Shown: positions 1 through 14,600 of the stretch, in pieces
Layout of the letters: each line of letters begins with the position of its first letter
Numbering within the stretch: the first letter of the stretch is position 1
NCBI GenBank assembly: GCA_951406725.2
Contig: OX597822.1
Span: 113,398,001-113,462,000 of the forward strand
Source: Octopus vulgaris
Taxonomy: Eukaryota
Direction of reading: 5' to 3'
Length of the DNA: 64,000 nt
The notes under the pieces: model-generated
Seen by the model: the letters and a program-made list of their open reading frames with translations, nothing else
What the model was told of the DNA's origin: nothing
Databases searched by the model: none
Program-made: the position numbers and the translations under genes

Positions 1-223
<223 letters not shown>

Positions 224-699
224 TTGTACTACTTATAAATTAGGTGTATATCAATATTCTGACATACAAACATATAGAAAAATCTGTAGTTTTATCTAAT
301 ATACACACTCATACACATATACGCGCACACACACATATACATTCAAATAAATCAATGTTCCCCTACGGATACACACACATATATTCATATAAGATCCACC
401 TGTACTAGAACATTCCCACAATCCCGCACACGATTCATAATCATTTACACGATCAAATGATAAGAAATGCAAAATGTAAATGCATAATGTGTCCAAATCA
501 CATTCCCAAACCGACAGAAACTCCCACATAGTCATACTCATTGCTCTCCTACTTAACTATTTATTTTTTCACAAACTGGGATCCACAAATGTGCTATTTT
601 TCCCTCTCTGATTTTTCTTATCTCTCTCTTTATTTAACTCACACACACACTCTCTCTCTCTCTCCCTTCTTGTGTGTCCTCTTCTGCTACAGTGATCTC

Positions 700-915
700 T
701 GCTCATCCAGAGCAGGTTGATCTCGTGCCACCCTCATCGAAGCATTCCATATTCGCTGTCTCTCACCCTCTCATAATCAATGCTACTTCCATGCCTCCAT
801 TCTCATACTAATCACTACAACTAGTCCTTCCAATACAGAACTTTTGAAAGGGAATCAGTAATTCCCTCCAGATAGCTACCGACTTGTAATTGTCCAAAAG
901 GAACGTCAACTGGTC
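700..915 (+). mobile_element. Highly decayed 3' coding end of a CR1/Jockey-like LINE
   Basis: Broken frames give HTNHYN.SF..RT and DL.L.KRNVNW, resembling the SFFxRT..WN.LP...FK..VN C-terminus of these LINEs. Confidence 0.4.
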
Positions 916-1339
916 GGCCATTGGGCCTATTCCAGCCTATTTCGTCGGGCCTGTTTGTCAAACCAGTTATCCTCAAACAAGAATTAGGTCCGAATGTTTA
1001 CAACAGAGTTAACAGCACCAAAGACACTCAAGGACCAATATCAAAACAAATTAACTCTACCCTACAACTGTGTATACCTAATATGTATTAGTACATGTAA
1101 ATGAAATAAACATTTGACCAATGCAGGCGAGGATTTTAACCAAAACATGTAAGGTGATGTCAGCGATAAAGATATTGTAACATTGGTTAGTTAATGACCC
1201 TATAATATTCTGGGATCAATCCATTTTCAATACAAAGCAATAAAGATTCCGAAGAAATATGTTGTTATTCGAAACACATCGATAATAGCATTTTACTTGA
1301 CCCCTTTTGTTTTTCTACTGTCTTATATTTGAAAAAGGG

Positions 1340-2260
1340 ATTTTTCTCTCGAAATACAGGATTATCAAACGATTCACATAAGGTAACACAATGTCAACGG
1401 ACTCAAAGCAGTATCTTCTGTTTAGTTCATGCTACCCAACACACATCAAAAGAAATATTCTTTTTATTTAGCGAAAAAGATTTGAGCAAAAGCGTCTGAT
1501 GCAAATACTCAGGATTTTCGACTTCAATACCTCTGAAATCTCCAAGTAAGCTGTAGTCTTTTGATTGCAAGACCTCAGAACAACACTAGCCGTAAGACAC
1601 TGCCCACCCTCACTTGCAGATAATGGAATTAAACGTGCCAAAAAAAGTAGGCATCAAAACACTAAGGGAAACAAAACGAAATCACACACCTCATCTAAAA
1701 ATACTGCTCTATATATCGACACACAACCCCAGAAATAATGAGGCATACAGCACCATTACTCAAAATCTGCCAATGCTCACTAGGGATCCTAATTCCTCAA
1801 ATGTAAAAACACAACCCAAATCACTAAAAAGACAACAGACAAATGCGAAGTTATACCCAACGACAATGAAACCAATAGTTAAAAAATGTGGACATCCAAA
1901 TTGTGGAACACATCCCAACCTACTGAAAGGCTCAGAATTCCATTTCAAACAAGGACAGTGATTCACAAGATCAATTTCACGTGTGCATCCGAAAATCTAA
2001 TGTGATAACTTCTTCAGGTTGCAGACACAATTATATTGGTCAACCAATGATGTCACTTAGACGGAGAACTACACTTCATAAGGAATAGATTCGTTTCCAA
2101 TGGTGTAGAGAAATACCAATGAGAGATGTGCAGGGAATCTCCAATCAAACTTCAGGGTTTTCCCTATCTACCAGAGCAAGCAAACTATTTCTATACAAGA
2201 ACGATTAATAAGGAAAATATATTTATTGAAAAATACAAATGTTGCCTGAATACGAATGCA
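1340..2260 (+). mobile_element. Penelope-like element remnant (RT thumb, linker, GIY-YIG), pseudogenised
   Basis: STDSKQYLLFSSCYPTHIKRNI; YISTHNPRNNE; KKCGHPNCGT; NFTCASENL...SGCRHNYIGQ; many stops and frameshifts. Confidence 0.8.
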
Positions 2261-2326
2261 TAACCAATTTTGGTTATGCAATATTTGAATTAATGAACGC
2301 ATAAAGAACACTGTGCATTTTCGTTC

Positions 2327-2381
<55 letters not shown>

Positions 2382-2384
<3 letters not shown>

Positions 2385-3545
2385 TGTTGGACTAAAGGTG
2401 GATCGCTTTTTGTGGATACTATTCTTCAAGTATTCTAACAGGTAGTTAATTTCAGCCTGCCCCTGCGCATGCGCACTCGTTAGATATTTAGCACTTCAAC
2501 ATAGTTCGATGCGAAATAACGACGGGACTGGATGTGTCTTGTGTACTTGGGATGATCCCGAAATGGTGAATCAAAGCGAATTCTATCATCACCTCATGAT
2601 CTTTTGTTTAAAAAAAGTGCAAGAAAGTGGCGTAAACCTGCAAGGTATGCACTGTGTAAGGAGAAGAAGATTTTATATCACTTTTGTGCTAAAAAGTGGT
2701 TTTCAAGATGTCGATCAGGAAATTTTTCGGTTCTCGCACTGGTCGGCCAACTGAGAAGGAGTTAGTCGTCACCAAACCCCTGTTACACGACCAGGGTGTT
2801 CGCAGGTATTCTCAATGGAGTGTAGAAAACCATTTGATTCAATTCGGTTAGTTCAGTAGGCTCGATGTTTGGGTCCAACATCAATGGAATGAGGCTAATC
2901 TCGCCCAACAGTCTTCCATCTACGATTCGCTGTATAAGAGTGAAGAAAACGATCCTTTCCTGAAGAGGATGCTGACATGGAACAAAAAGTGAAGCGTCTA
3001 TAACAATGTAAAGCGCAAACGACCATGGTGGGAGAGCGGCAAACCAGAAACAACCTCCAAAGCAAGCCTTCGTTCAAAGGAGGTTATGCTTTTAGTTTGA
3101 TAGGATTGGAAGGGTGTTGTCTTTTACGAGCTGCTTCTCATAGACAGGACCATCAATACAGATGTGTACTGTGATCAGTCAGACAAATTAAAAGCAGCGA
3201 TCCACTAGAAGTGTGCAGCACTAGCTAATCATAAAGGCATTGTCTTTCATCACGACAATGCCACACCGTACACTTCTTTGCAGACTTATCAGAAGTTATT
3301 CGAGCTTGACTGAGAAGTATCGTCGTACCTTGCACGCAAACCCGATCTTACGCCTTTAGATTTCTACCTGTTCGGATCTCTTCAAAATCCATTAATTGAA
3401 CGCTGAAAAGGATATAAAAATTAACCTGGAAGAGATTTTCGCCAGTATAAAACAGAAAATTCTGTGAATAGAAAATAATGGGTCTACCAACAAAATTGCA
3501 GACGATACGTGAACAAAACGGTAATCATATCACTGATAGAATAAA
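2382..3545 (+). mobile_element. mariner (DD34D) transposon remnant
   Basis: MVNQSEFYHHLMIF N-terminus; EVMLLV.*DWKGVVFYELL; IVFHHDNATPYTS; PDLTPLDFYLFGSLQN; internal deletion and stops. Confidence 0.88.
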
Positions 3546-3639
3546 TCGCGTGGTTGTTTAAGCTTGTTTTTACTTTCGCTTGTATGAAACATTTTTATAT
3601 ACATTTATTATATGTATTATTATTTTTTTGTATTCATGT

Positions 3640-3958
3640 ACTCTTTCACTTGTTTCAGTCATGTGACTGTGGCCATGCTGGAGCACCACCTTTAGTTGAG
3701 CAAATCGACCCCAGGACTTATTCTTTGTAAGCCTAGTACTTATTCTATCGGCTTCTTTTGCTAAGTTACGGGGACGTAAAAACTCGAGCATCGGTTGTTA
3801 AGCGATGTTGGGGGGGGGCGGAACAAACACAGACACACAAACACACACACACACATACAATATATATGTGTGAGTGTGTGTATGTTTGTGTATTCACACA
3901 CACACATCGTATTCTTTCGGCTTCTTTTGCTAAGTTACACATGTTGGGGTGGGGACAA

Positions 3959-4026
<68 letters not shown>

Positions 4027-4190
4027 GACGGGATTCTTTCAGTTTCCATCTACCAAACCCACTCACAAGGCTTTGGTCGGCCCGAAGCTATAGTAGAAGA
4101 CAGTTGCCCAAGGTGCCGCTGCAGTGGGACTGAACCCGGAAGCATGTGGTCGGTAAGCAAGCTACTTACCACACAGCCACTCCTGCACCT
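3640..4190 (-). mobile_element. tRNA-derived SINE family A (CORE-like CTTGGGCAA motif, internal microsatellite)
   Basis: Reverse copy of the unit at 31312-31728, with partial internal duplication. Confidence 0.9.
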
Positions 4191-4336
4191 GAAGCATACA
4201 TATATATATATATATTATATATTATATTATATATTATATGTTATCATGCATAATTTTATTAATCGCGTGCAATATTTAATTTTCGATGAATACTGTCATG
4301 AGTAGATACATGTAAATATATGACATTGTATATGAA

Positions 4337-4523
4337 TTAGGTAGGTAGGAGGGTAGGTAGGTAGGTAGGTAGATAGATGGATGGATAGGTAGATGGATGG
4401 ATAGATAGATAGATAGATAGGTAGATAGATGGATGGATAAATGGATGGATGGATAGATAGATAGGTAGGTAGGTAGGTAGGTGGTAGGTAGGTAGGTAGG
4501 TTGGTAGATAGTTAGATAGATAG

Positions 4524-4566
<43 letters not shown>

Positions 4567-4586
4567 TAGATAGGTAGGTAGGTAGG

Positions 4587-4641
<55 letters not shown>

Positions 4642-4746
4642 TTATGTATGTATGTATGTAGGTTGGTAGGTATGTAGGTAGGTAGGTAGGTAGGTAGGTA
4701 GGTAGGTAGGTAGGTAGGTAGGTAGGTAGGTAGGTAGGTAGGTAGG
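4337..4746. repeat. Compound (TAGG)/(TAGA)/(TGGA)n microsatellite
   Basis: Tetranucleotide runs. Confidence 0.97.
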
Positions 4747-5999
4747 TGGATGAACTAACGGACAATCAGAAATGCAGAAATACATCCAGCTTTGTGTGAT
4801 TGAATTAAATGTGTAAAAAAGAAAACCACACTTTTTAAATATCTTTGATTAATTCTCGTGCAACTTTAACTATTGCCTTCTTAAATATAAGTCAAAAAGA
4901 GTTGGTGTTTGTACATGTATGTATGGTGTGTTTAGGCGTGTGTGAGTGTCTGTCTGTCTGTCTGTCTGTCTTTGTGTGTGAGAGAGAGAGAGAGAGAGAA
5001 GAGTTTATGTGCGTGTTTATATGCATGTGTGTGTGTATGGTTGTATTTAGTATTAAGTGTATGAAAAAATTGGGAAGTCATACTGGAATTAAAATGGCGA
5101 CTGTATGTCTGCTTGGAAAATCAGTTTGACTCCATCTTAAGTGGGTGGCAGTCTTTAGTAACTTCTTAAGATTACAACATTCTAAAATAGTCCTTCACAA
5201 AGGTTAAAACGTTTTCCTATAACAGCCTTTATTGCAACTGGCGAGTTGATTTGGAAGCCAAAAGACTTTATATTATGATTTTGATACGCTACATTAAAGT
5301 ATTCAACTCTCAGTCACTACCGCGATTTCAAATTAAGTAGCCACGCTAACTTATTTCGGAAACATCAAGAAAGCAATTTCATGTGTGTGTGCGAGTGTGT
5401 GTGTATGTATTTCGACATATATATATCTATCTATATATATGTATGTATACATATATGTATACGTGTGTGTGTGTATGTGCGTTATATACACACATGTGTT
5501 TATAAAAATGTATGTCTTTGTGGTGTCATGTATATACATTTATTCATAGCGAGTTTATTGTCAACTTATATATGCGTGTTTGGTTTTCACATATACAAAT
5601 ATACATAGAAAGTTGTGTGTGTATGTGTGTGTATGTGTGTGTATGTGTTTATGTGTGTATGTGTTTGTGTGTGTGTGTGTACATTTAAGATTTGCCCAAC
5701 TCCACTCGTGTCTATTTCACGTTTGAGGCGTCATGGTTAGAAGAGTAATTAAGCCAAAAATCTCAAACCGTTAATTATTAAAGCAATGCATATATATTTC
5801 ATCTCTTTATGTGACAACGGGGGTCATAAGGGTTAAAGTTAAACGTGAGAGAGCAAACAGGATTAAACACTTTCTTGGTGCAATTAGAATAAGTTGACAT
5901 CTTTTTAATCAAGTGGACCAGCCAAATACACTAAATATGTTATGAGAGGTTTAATAACTTTAACATCGCAATTAGGTTGGTTTTAACAAATTCTCTCTT

Positions 6000-6210
6000 T
6001 ACTCTCTCTTTTACTTGTTTCAGTCATTTGACTACGGCCATGCACCGCCTTTAATCGAGCAACTCGACCCCGGGACTTATTCTTTTGTAAGCCCAGTACT
6101 TATTCTATCGGTCTCTTTTGTCGAACCGCTAAGTAACGGGGACATAAACACACCACCATCGGTCGTCAAGCAATGCTAGAGGGACAAACACAGACACACA
6201 AACACACATA

Positions 6211-6260
<50 letters not shown>

Positions 6261-6418
6261 TACAACGGGCTTCTTTCAGTTTCCGTCTACCAAATCCACT
6301 CACAAGGCTTTGGTTGGCCCGAGTCTATAGAAGACACTTGCCCAAGGTGCCACGCAGTAGGATTGAACCCGGAACCATGTGGTTAGTAAACAAGCTACTT
6401 ACCACACAGCCACTCCTG
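6000..6418 (-). mobile_element. SINE family A
   Basis: Full reverse copy. Confidence 0.92.
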
Positions 6419-6789
6419 TTCACCAAAAAAAATGATTCATCAATTTCGAATTTAAAAGAGAAGGCAATACAGATTCAGACACAGGACTTAATCACAAATT
6501 AGTGTAATATATTCTTCAAAAGCAGCCTTAAGGATATTGGAGAAATTATATCAAGTACTGAGCTATATTAACTAGGGGTTTGTATTTCTGTAAATTGTTC
6601 TCAGTTTTTTTTTCTTTCTTTTTTTTTCTTTCTTTCCTTTATTTTAAAATACTTTCCTTGTTTCTCTTCTGCAAATACTGTATAAAACATTATTTTCTCA
6701 TCAGGCCAATACACTAAGACTATAGTGATATTTGCTTCGCTGAGTCCAGAATTCACATGATCGGCATAATTCAGCGCTTTGTCAAGCTT

Positions 6790-8470
6790 TCCGAAACGCA
6801 CGCTCGGCCACCGAGTGTTGAAAGTCTTCCAATGTCTGCAGCTCAGTAAGATGACTGGTCTTGAAGGCATCCCTTCATCGCTCTCAAACAGCTCGCTTTA
6901 GATCTAGCTCCCTTCCGTGTTGAACTACACACACTCTCTCTCTCTCTCTCTCTCTCTTCAGCTCCTTCTATACCTATTTGTATAGCTATCTATCTATCGG
7001 GATTTTTCCACGATACATTCCTAATATTTTAAATTAATCTACAGTATGTCCCATCCCTAAAAGCTAGCAAGCTACCAATCTATCGCTGTCATTTCCAACA
7101 TCTTGATGACAGGGTGGCGAGCTGGCAGAAACGTTAGCACGCCGGGCGAAATGCTTATCGCTATTTCGTCTGTCTTTACGTTCTGAGATCAAATTCCGCT
7201 AGGGTCGACTTTGCCTTGCATCCTTTTGGGGTGGATTAAGTAAGTACCAGTTATGCACCGGGGTTGATGTAATCGACTTAATCCGTTTGTCTGTCCTTGT
7301 TTGTCTCCTCTATGTTTAGCCCCTTGTGGGCAATAAAGAAAAAAGGAAAAAAAAGAATTAGTTAGCAACCACTTCATCACACGTCACATCCTTCAATCTT
7401 ATTCCCCCTTCAATAACGAACAGTATAACCTTTATAAAATCATATTTAGTTATTAATAACTCAACTATGCAATACACCACTAGCTCTTCACTCATAAGGA
7501 TTTCCGAGAAAGAAATCTTGTCATATTTGCCGTGACAATGCCGTCAATTGTGTCTGATTTGATACTTTTCTTGCGATGTCTACCACCTTCGATATTCATA
7601 TCACTGTAAATCGAATCAACAGCGTTATCTTCGACTCGCATTCTGCATAATCCAATGTAGCATTTCTCATAGAGGTAGGGTAGGGCCCATCTGGGAGGGG
7701 AGGCTGTATAGATTATAAGGGGACGAAAATGTAGACATGTTTAATGAAATTAAGATTGTTTTAAACTTTTTAAACTTGTTGAACATCATGATAGAGAAAG
7801 GAGAATGGATACAAACTCTATCTTATTTTCTCATTAATAAAGATGAGGGAAGGGCCAAAAATTCCCTAATTATCTTTTGTGGCTATGGGTGGTATTTGTC
7901 AGTTTGTGAACTAATACCATAGTGTACTTCGTGTTTGTTATTGTCTCCCACACAATTCCTATATTCTCTTAGTATACATTCCTATATTTATTATATGACG
8001 GTTTATTTCTTAACTTCCTTTATACAGATGACGTGCAAAAATGATTTTATGTTACCCATACAATGACTGAAACTTTACACTGACTGAAACCTTAAACAAA
8101 ACATCTTTTACGTATGCTAGTTATCACGATATCACATGATTTCTCATGTTGAGAGAGTTTCAGAAACTGCACCACACAGATTAAGGTTACCTTTTAGAGT
8201 ATTCAGCCCTAATCAGATACTAAATGTCCTCGAAATATCAAAAGCCCACGTTGGAATATTGCTTGCTTGTATGAGACCGTGCTGCTTCCACGCATGCCAT
8301 AATCTCATATCCCGTCAAAAGAAAGCTATTTGACTGACGAGAAACGATTCACGGTTACATCACTGTGAAAATAAAGTGTCGCCTTCGATCAAAGAAGTTA
8401 ACCTGGTTAATATTTGGCTGTCTGACCACTTGGAAAGTCCCAGATACTATAAGCACTTACGTTTGAGCCA
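6790..8470 (+). mobile_element. Fragmented old CR1/Jockey-like LINE ORF2, interrupted by a SINE
   Basis: LQLSKMTGLEGIPS (KA.GPDGIP-like); PIPK...YQSIAVISNI; SHVERVSETA..RL...FSPNQIL...KAHV. Confidence 0.5.
7113..7341 (+). mobile_element. tRNA-derived SINE family B (Deu/Nin-domain-like)
   Basis: A-box TGGCAGAAACG head; GTCGACTTTGCCTT.CATCCTT..GGGGT.GAT.AA..AAGTACCAG core shared with many copies. Confidence 0.9.
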
Positions 8471-9077
8471 GTAATGGAGCAAGTACGTGATAGCTCAGCC
8501 AGCTAGAAATGATTGTCATTACCTTCTTGAAAAAAGCATTGGATGTCTCGTGACTAAACGGCAATAACAAACAAAATTCACAACTACTACCAGCTTATAA
8601 ACAAATACCTCTTTCTGATGCAGTTACCTTCGTTCTCTGGTCATTTAAACTACTTATGTTTACTCAGACTTGTTCGCACAACTTACCTTTTTTTCCTTCA
8701 GCCATGCTTACGACACCGAGACTTCTCAAAATATTTCTCAATCCTTCACACACGCATACACACACAACAAATGTTCTCTATGGGATTCTATCCTTGACCA
8801 CGAAAAATCATCAAATATCTTCATTAATTTTATCAGTTAATTGTAAAACAACGTATGTTGAGACAGTAATGAAAACTCCTCAGAGCACGGGTAAATTCTC
8901 AAAGATTCAAAAGATTAGTTCCCTTACAGTGTTATTAATAAATACATCTTTTTTCTTAGAAAATAAAATTGCTCATAAACATAATGGGCTTTGCACATAT
9001 GTTAGACGATATTCTTTGAAAGTGTATCATATAAAAGCTAAAAATAGACAAAATTTACAACGATTCTCATTATTATT

Positions 9078-9581
9078 GAGTGAGAGAGCAGTGCATACCA
9101 TCAAAGCAACACTAGGATAAAATATACCCGTCTGATAAAGATATACCATGCACATGCATTACAACCATATGTGCGCAACATGGTGATCTCATATCATGAT
9201 AAACAGCGCATGACCTTGCAGGTAAGGCTCAGTTAGAATATTCTTCAGGTCAAGTAGCCTATCCTGCTCAAAAAGTCCCTAAATAAAGGTTGTTTAAGGA
9301 TGCTGAATGAAACACCTATGTTTCCAGAGGTGAATTATTCAAACCCCTCAAAATTCCACTCAACATATAGCTATGATGCTCCCCCATTACTTTTGCTTGT
9401 GATCCGAGATGCACATATCGTCAGCCACTAAGGGACATGCTCAACTGGTTATGGTCAAACAACTGACAAGCAAATCTGTGGTATTGAGCTGAATATTTGC
9501 TGTAGCCCGATTTTATACCAAGACAAAACAATGTACATGATAACATTCCCAATGAGTTAAGACCAAAAGCTGCATCAGGGC

Positions 9582-9582
<1 letters not shown>
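9078..9582 (-). mobile_element. Non-coding interspersed repeat ending in (TAA)n (second copy 33089-33500)
   Basis: Clear similarity to 33089-33500; both abut TTA runs. Confidence 0.8.
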
Positions 9583-9648
<66 letters not shown>

Positions 9649-9651
<3 letters not shown>

Positions 9652-9856
9652 TAGTTTTATTTTTATAGCGTGCTTTCACTTCAATACCGAGCGCAGCTCT
9701 GTGTGCCTTGGGTTTGTGCTGTGATTTGTTGTGATGCTCTGATGGTTATTGTATGGAAAGTGTTCTGCGTAGGATGTGTGCAGTGCCTAGTAGTGCAATT
9801 TTCTGTATGTTATATGTGTTTGTAAGTCCTGGTGTTTTTGTTATGTATTTGTCTGA

Positions 9857-9857
<1 letters not shown>
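9649..9857 (-). mobile_element. 5'-truncated R4/Dong-like non-LTR retrotransposon 3' end in (TAA)n
   Basis: DKYITKTPGLTNTYNIQKIALLGTAHILRRTLSIQ plus 3'UTR nearly identical to copies at 32191 and 32634; TTA runs on both sides. Confidence 0.85.
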
Positions 9858-9915
<58 letters not shown>

Positions 9916-9933
9916 CATTATTATTATTATTCC

Positions 9934-10060
9934 ACAGAGGTTGACTTTGCTTTCCATCCTTTCGGAGTCCATAAATTAAGTACCAGTGAAACACTGGGGT
10001 CGATGTAATCGACCAGTCCCTACTCCCAAAATTTCAGACCTTGTGTCTATAATAGAGGGG
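9934..10060 (+). mobile_element. SINE family B fragment between (TTA)n runs
   Basis: Core motif GACTTTGCTTTCCATCCTTTCGGAGTC...AAGTACCAG. Confidence 0.8.
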
Positions 10061-10094
<34 letters not shown>

Positions 10095-10195
10095 GTGAAG
10101 ACCAGCTTTTTCAAACCTACTTTCTTCAGTGAACGCACAATTTTTTACAAGTACAAAAAAAAATGTTACGAATAGTTTTAACGCGTATTAACTTA

Positions 10196-10196
<1 letters not shown>

Positions 10197-10231
<35 letters not shown>

Positions 10232-10560
10232 TTAACGTCCGTTTTCCATGCTAGCATGGGTTGGACTGTTCAACTGGGGTCTGGGAAGCCAGAAGGCTGC
10301 GCCAGGCCCAGTCTGATCTGGCAGTGTTTCTACAGCTGGATGCCCTTCCTAACGCCAACCACTCCGCGAGTGTAGTGGGTTCTTTTTACGTGCCACCTGC
10401 ACAGGTGCCAGACGAGGCTGGCAACGGCCACAATCGGATGGTGCTTTTTACGTGCCACCGGCACGGAGGCCAGTCGGGGCGGCGCTGGCAACGGCCACAT
10501 ACGGATGGTTCTCTTATGTGCCACAGGCACTGGTATCACAGCTACAATTTCCATTGATGT
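10197..10560 (-). mobile_element. SINE-like repeat with (ATG)n tail
   Basis: Minus strand has GGCGTTAGGAAGGGCATCCAGCTGTAGAAA (Meta-SINE-like by recollection) and ends ...GGACGTTAAATGATGATG; internal ~60 bp tandem TTTTTACGTGCCACC units. Confidence 0.7.
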
Positions 10561-11112
10561 TGAACGATTTCGATTTTGATTTTTAATTTTTGATTTTAAA
10601 GTCAGCTGAAGTGAAACTGTGACATAAAATAACTAAGGAAGGAAGTAATGTAAAATGGAGTACACACACATTTCAATTAAGAAATATTTTACGTATGATA
10701 TTTAATACAGTGCCACACACCTGAATTATCTAAGGTCATGCCTCTGACCTACCTGAGTTACCTTGCTCAATTGTAGCAAGGACTTTGTTTTGAGTAACAC
10801 TCGTCCAATCCCACAGCCACTAAATTTCTTACATATTTCCAAGAAACTAATTTGGGCATCGAAAACTATTTGTTTATTGCGCCATTTTAATTAATTATCA
10901 ATTACCATAGAAAGCATTAAGCGAATTATATATTACCTTATATTATATAAATGCTGGTCTTAATTACATTTTAACTATCATGTAGTAAATATATTCTACC
11001 AGCTGAAAACATTATCGTCTATTGAACAATTATTTAATTTTTTCCCGTAAGAAAATATGTCTTTTGTTTTATCAATGTCTTCAGGTAAAACAAGAAAAAA
11101 CCATATATATAT

Positions 11113-11275
11113 AGGGAGAGTTTACGAAAAAAACAAAAGACGAAGACAGGTGGTGTACAAAACAAACAGATGTATTAGTATAACGCTCAGGAATAGAAAA
11201 AGTCTTTTACGTTTCGAGCCTACGCTCTCCTACAGAAAGGGACACAGAAAAAACAAGGAGAGAAAAAAATGTGTA
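11113..11275 (-). mobile_element. Short non-coding PLE terminal-repeat-like element with hammerhead-like motif (copies 29100-29282, 62728-62908)
   Basis: Three near-identical copies adjacent to (TA)n; CTGTAGR-AGAGCGTAGGCTC-GAAAC-GTA. Confidence 0.75.
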
Positions 11276-12062
11276 TATATATATATATACACACACAATG
11301 CGAACAAAATAAATTAGTGTAAAATAATTTCAGTAGCAAGAAATCACATTTACTTCCAAAGAAAAATTCATCAGAAATTGAACTTTTATTGATCTGTATT
11401 ACATCTAATCATAATATATAAATTTATACAAAAAAAAAAAACCCACATATTTCTATCCTAAAATGATCCGGTTGACAGCCTACTCGACGTAACTATTTTT
11501 TTTAATGAAAAAATATTAGGTTTCCGTTCGTTTCCTAATGTTGTTCTTTCGGTTTTTATTAAATTACTTTTGTCAGTTCAGCGAATATATGCTAATAAAA
11601 AAATCCAGTTAAAATGCCAACAAACTAATTTCATTTTAGACCCGACCCACAACGATATAGGAATCTTACATACAACAGGTATTAGTTATATTTTGTCGAT
11701 GTAGAAACATTTTGGTACTATTCAAAATTGATACCGAATGTAACCGCAGGTAAATTTTCCTTTGTAATTTATAACTGGATCTGACAATGTGTTATCTATG
11801 TACCTCGGTAGAATATAAATATACAAAACTAAAATACATATATAATAATGTAGAAAATGTATATACCAATGCTGAAATGATAGAGAAATAGTAAAAATGC
11901 TATATTTGGTTTACCATCGTATGGTACATGCTATTGCACTATCGATCATTAGTGATATAGTTCATCCATCAAAGATTTTCTTAAGGTACCCGCAAAAATT
12001 GTCTCGAAGTGTCTATAAATGCACACTGTCACCAGATAAATAAATGGAAGCGAAATTTATAT

Positions 12063-12463
12063 ACTCTTTTACTTGTTTCAGTCATTTGACTGCGGCCATG
12101 CTGGAGCACCGCCTTTAGTCGAGCAAATCGACCCCGGAACTTATTCTTTGTAAGCCCAGTACTTATTCTATCGGTCTCTTTTGCCGAACCGCTAAGTAAC
12201 GGAGACGTAAACACACCAGCATCGATTGTCAAGCAATACTAGGGGGACAAACACAAACACACAAACATATATACACACACTTATATATATATACATATAT
12301 ACGACAGGCTTCTTTCAGTTTCCATCTAACAAATCCACTCACAAGGCATTGGTCGGCCCGGGGCTATAGCAGAAGACACTTGCCCAAGATGCCACGCATG
12401 GGACTGAACCCGGAACCATGTGGTTGGTTAGCAAGCTACTTACCACACAGCCACTCCTGCACC
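12063..12463 (-). mobile_element. SINE family A
   Basis: Full reverse copy. Confidence 0.92.
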
Positions 12464-13044
12464 TATATATGCAATTTATTGAATCAAAATAAATAAGTAC
12501 ATAAATAAATTGATCTGAGAATGTTAACTAGGTATCTCTCTGATCTATGTATGTCCACGTTTGAAACCATAAAGGCTCCCACTCATAAAGAAAAGAATTA
12601 TACTTACTGTACTGGCATTCATGCAGTACATAAAACCATCGGGAGAATTGCCTCTATTTTTGCTATTTCAAGGGGTCCATATAAATGTACTTTTAACTAG
12701 CATGATAGATTTTTATTAGTCTTATTCAAAGACATCGTCGACACTATAAACTGGTACCTGACCAATTATTCCATTAAGAAATCGCTCTATAGTGGCCGCA
12801 AATTTTTTCGTTTGTTTTTCTAATTCTACCTTAAATACATCCAGAGGTCTATACCTAATATTGAAGTCATTATTTCATTGAAATATTTCTCCATTTTCTG
12901 AACTATTCTTAAGTTTAAATATAACTTGTTTTCTTAAATAAAATGTAAATAGTATAATAATTTATTTTGATGCCAGAGATTTGTGTTTTTAGCTCCGAGT
13001 AATGACTTCCCCACCCAAATTACAACCTCGAATAAGGGTTAGTA

Positions 13045-13250
13045 TATTCGAAGAATCAGAAGTCTGGAAAATATTATCATGGAAGGAAGAGTAGAGAGTT
13101 GTAGATCAAGAAGCAGGCAAAGAACGCAATGGATGAACAGTATCAAGAGCTGGTTGGACAAATGTGACAAGGCAGCAGGGGAACTCGCACGTAATCGGGA
13201 AGACCTTCGTGTGACCAATGAGCTGCAGGCGTACAATGTATGACGACAAC
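13045..13250 (+). mobile_element. RTE-clade LINE 3' fragment
   Basis: SLENIIMEGRVESCRSRSRQRTQWMNSIKSW matches the RTE G..EG.R.RGR....W...I motif. Confidence 0.75.
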
Positions 13251-13879
13251 GAAGTAATTTGTATCATTAATAAAAAAAGGTGATTCTTAAGTATAATGAT
13301 GTGATTTCGACCATAATAAGATCATTGTTGTATGAGATGGTATATTCTGTGAGTTTGTACCAATAAGTGATCCTTCTACCATGATGAAAATTTGAATCTA
13401 CTCCTGCAACGCCTCAAAATAAATTTTGAAAAAAGCAATTCACTTCTATTTACACTATTTTTATCCCCAGACCCTAACACTCCAAAACATTCAAGTATAT
13501 CCAGTGTTCAAATTAAAAACACTCGGCAGCTAAATCATTAATCATGTGCTAATTCAATAAAAGCTTTAAATTTTACGCGAAATTATCAAACTGACACTTT
13601 CGTTCTGCAACAGTATTAATGTAACTGTTACAAAAAAAAAAAAAAGCTCCACTTTCATTTCGTAGTAATTTTTATAAATTGCATGATGTAAGTACTTTTT
13701 AGTTTCTTATGACATCACATAATCCGACTACATATATTAATACCTTTACTAATACTTATAAAAGAAATTTATGCTTTCGAGAATTTGCTAGATTTTAGTT
13801 GTCAAAAATAAATCTATTTACTGGAAAGCTAATAATGCTTCCTTAATGAGGTATGAAATGTTTGGAAAGTATTCAAGGA

Positions 13880-14600
13880 CACAAAACAATATGTGAACCT
13901 TAACGGAAGAGATCCGGGGACTTTACCTGTTCAACTGTTATATTTCATCAAATGAGATTTTATACAAATATAAACACCGATATATTTACAAGGCACAATG
14001 TTAATTTTTACAGAGAAGGTTGTATGAACAATTTCACAGATCTTGTAAAATACTGCTATCTTATGCACGATGCTGGGGGAATAAATTGTCACGGGGTCGA
14101 AACTGTCAGTCATTTTGCTGTTTCTGATTGAACAGCAAATAAGTAATATTTATATGAGGCCAAATATAAGAACCAAGCAAATTTGTTCTGCGAAGTGAGC
14201 TTGCGGTTTCAGTCTACGAGCCAATTTTTTTTGTTTTTTTTGCAAATTTCAATTTTCAATAAACAAATTCTAGTCTCTTCGTTTATATTGTTTCTCACAT
14301 TTTAGTCCTTTTATAGAGGAATAATACCATTTGTATTTTTAAACCCTTCCAAAGTGGTGATGTAGATTCTGTTGACGTTCCAGTGTCTCAAACAATCTTG
14401 AGGGAGATACGTATGTCATACAGCTCAGTTTGCCACAGCTATTATACTCTTGTACTTGAGCAAAAATTATGCATTGCTCGTTAGTGAAAGTATACTGTGT
14501 TTACAAAGCTTAGATCTATTACAGCAAAATGAACTAATATAGTTTGAAAATATATAGTGTGAAAAATATACCGAGTGGTATTGGTGAAGGGTTTACAATG
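13880..14600 (-). mobile_element. Possible very decayed Penelope-like remnant
   Basis: Weak GIY-YIG-like traces (KICEIV; VYICIK...G.SPGSLPLRF). Confidence 0.3.

Noticed and set aside
2509-3540. Domesticated or active transposase (SETMAR-like)
   Set aside because: Multiple stops, frameshifts and a deletion; no SET domain
5690-5837. piggyBac-like terminus AAGGG-TTAA
   Set aside because: No matching opposite terminus found
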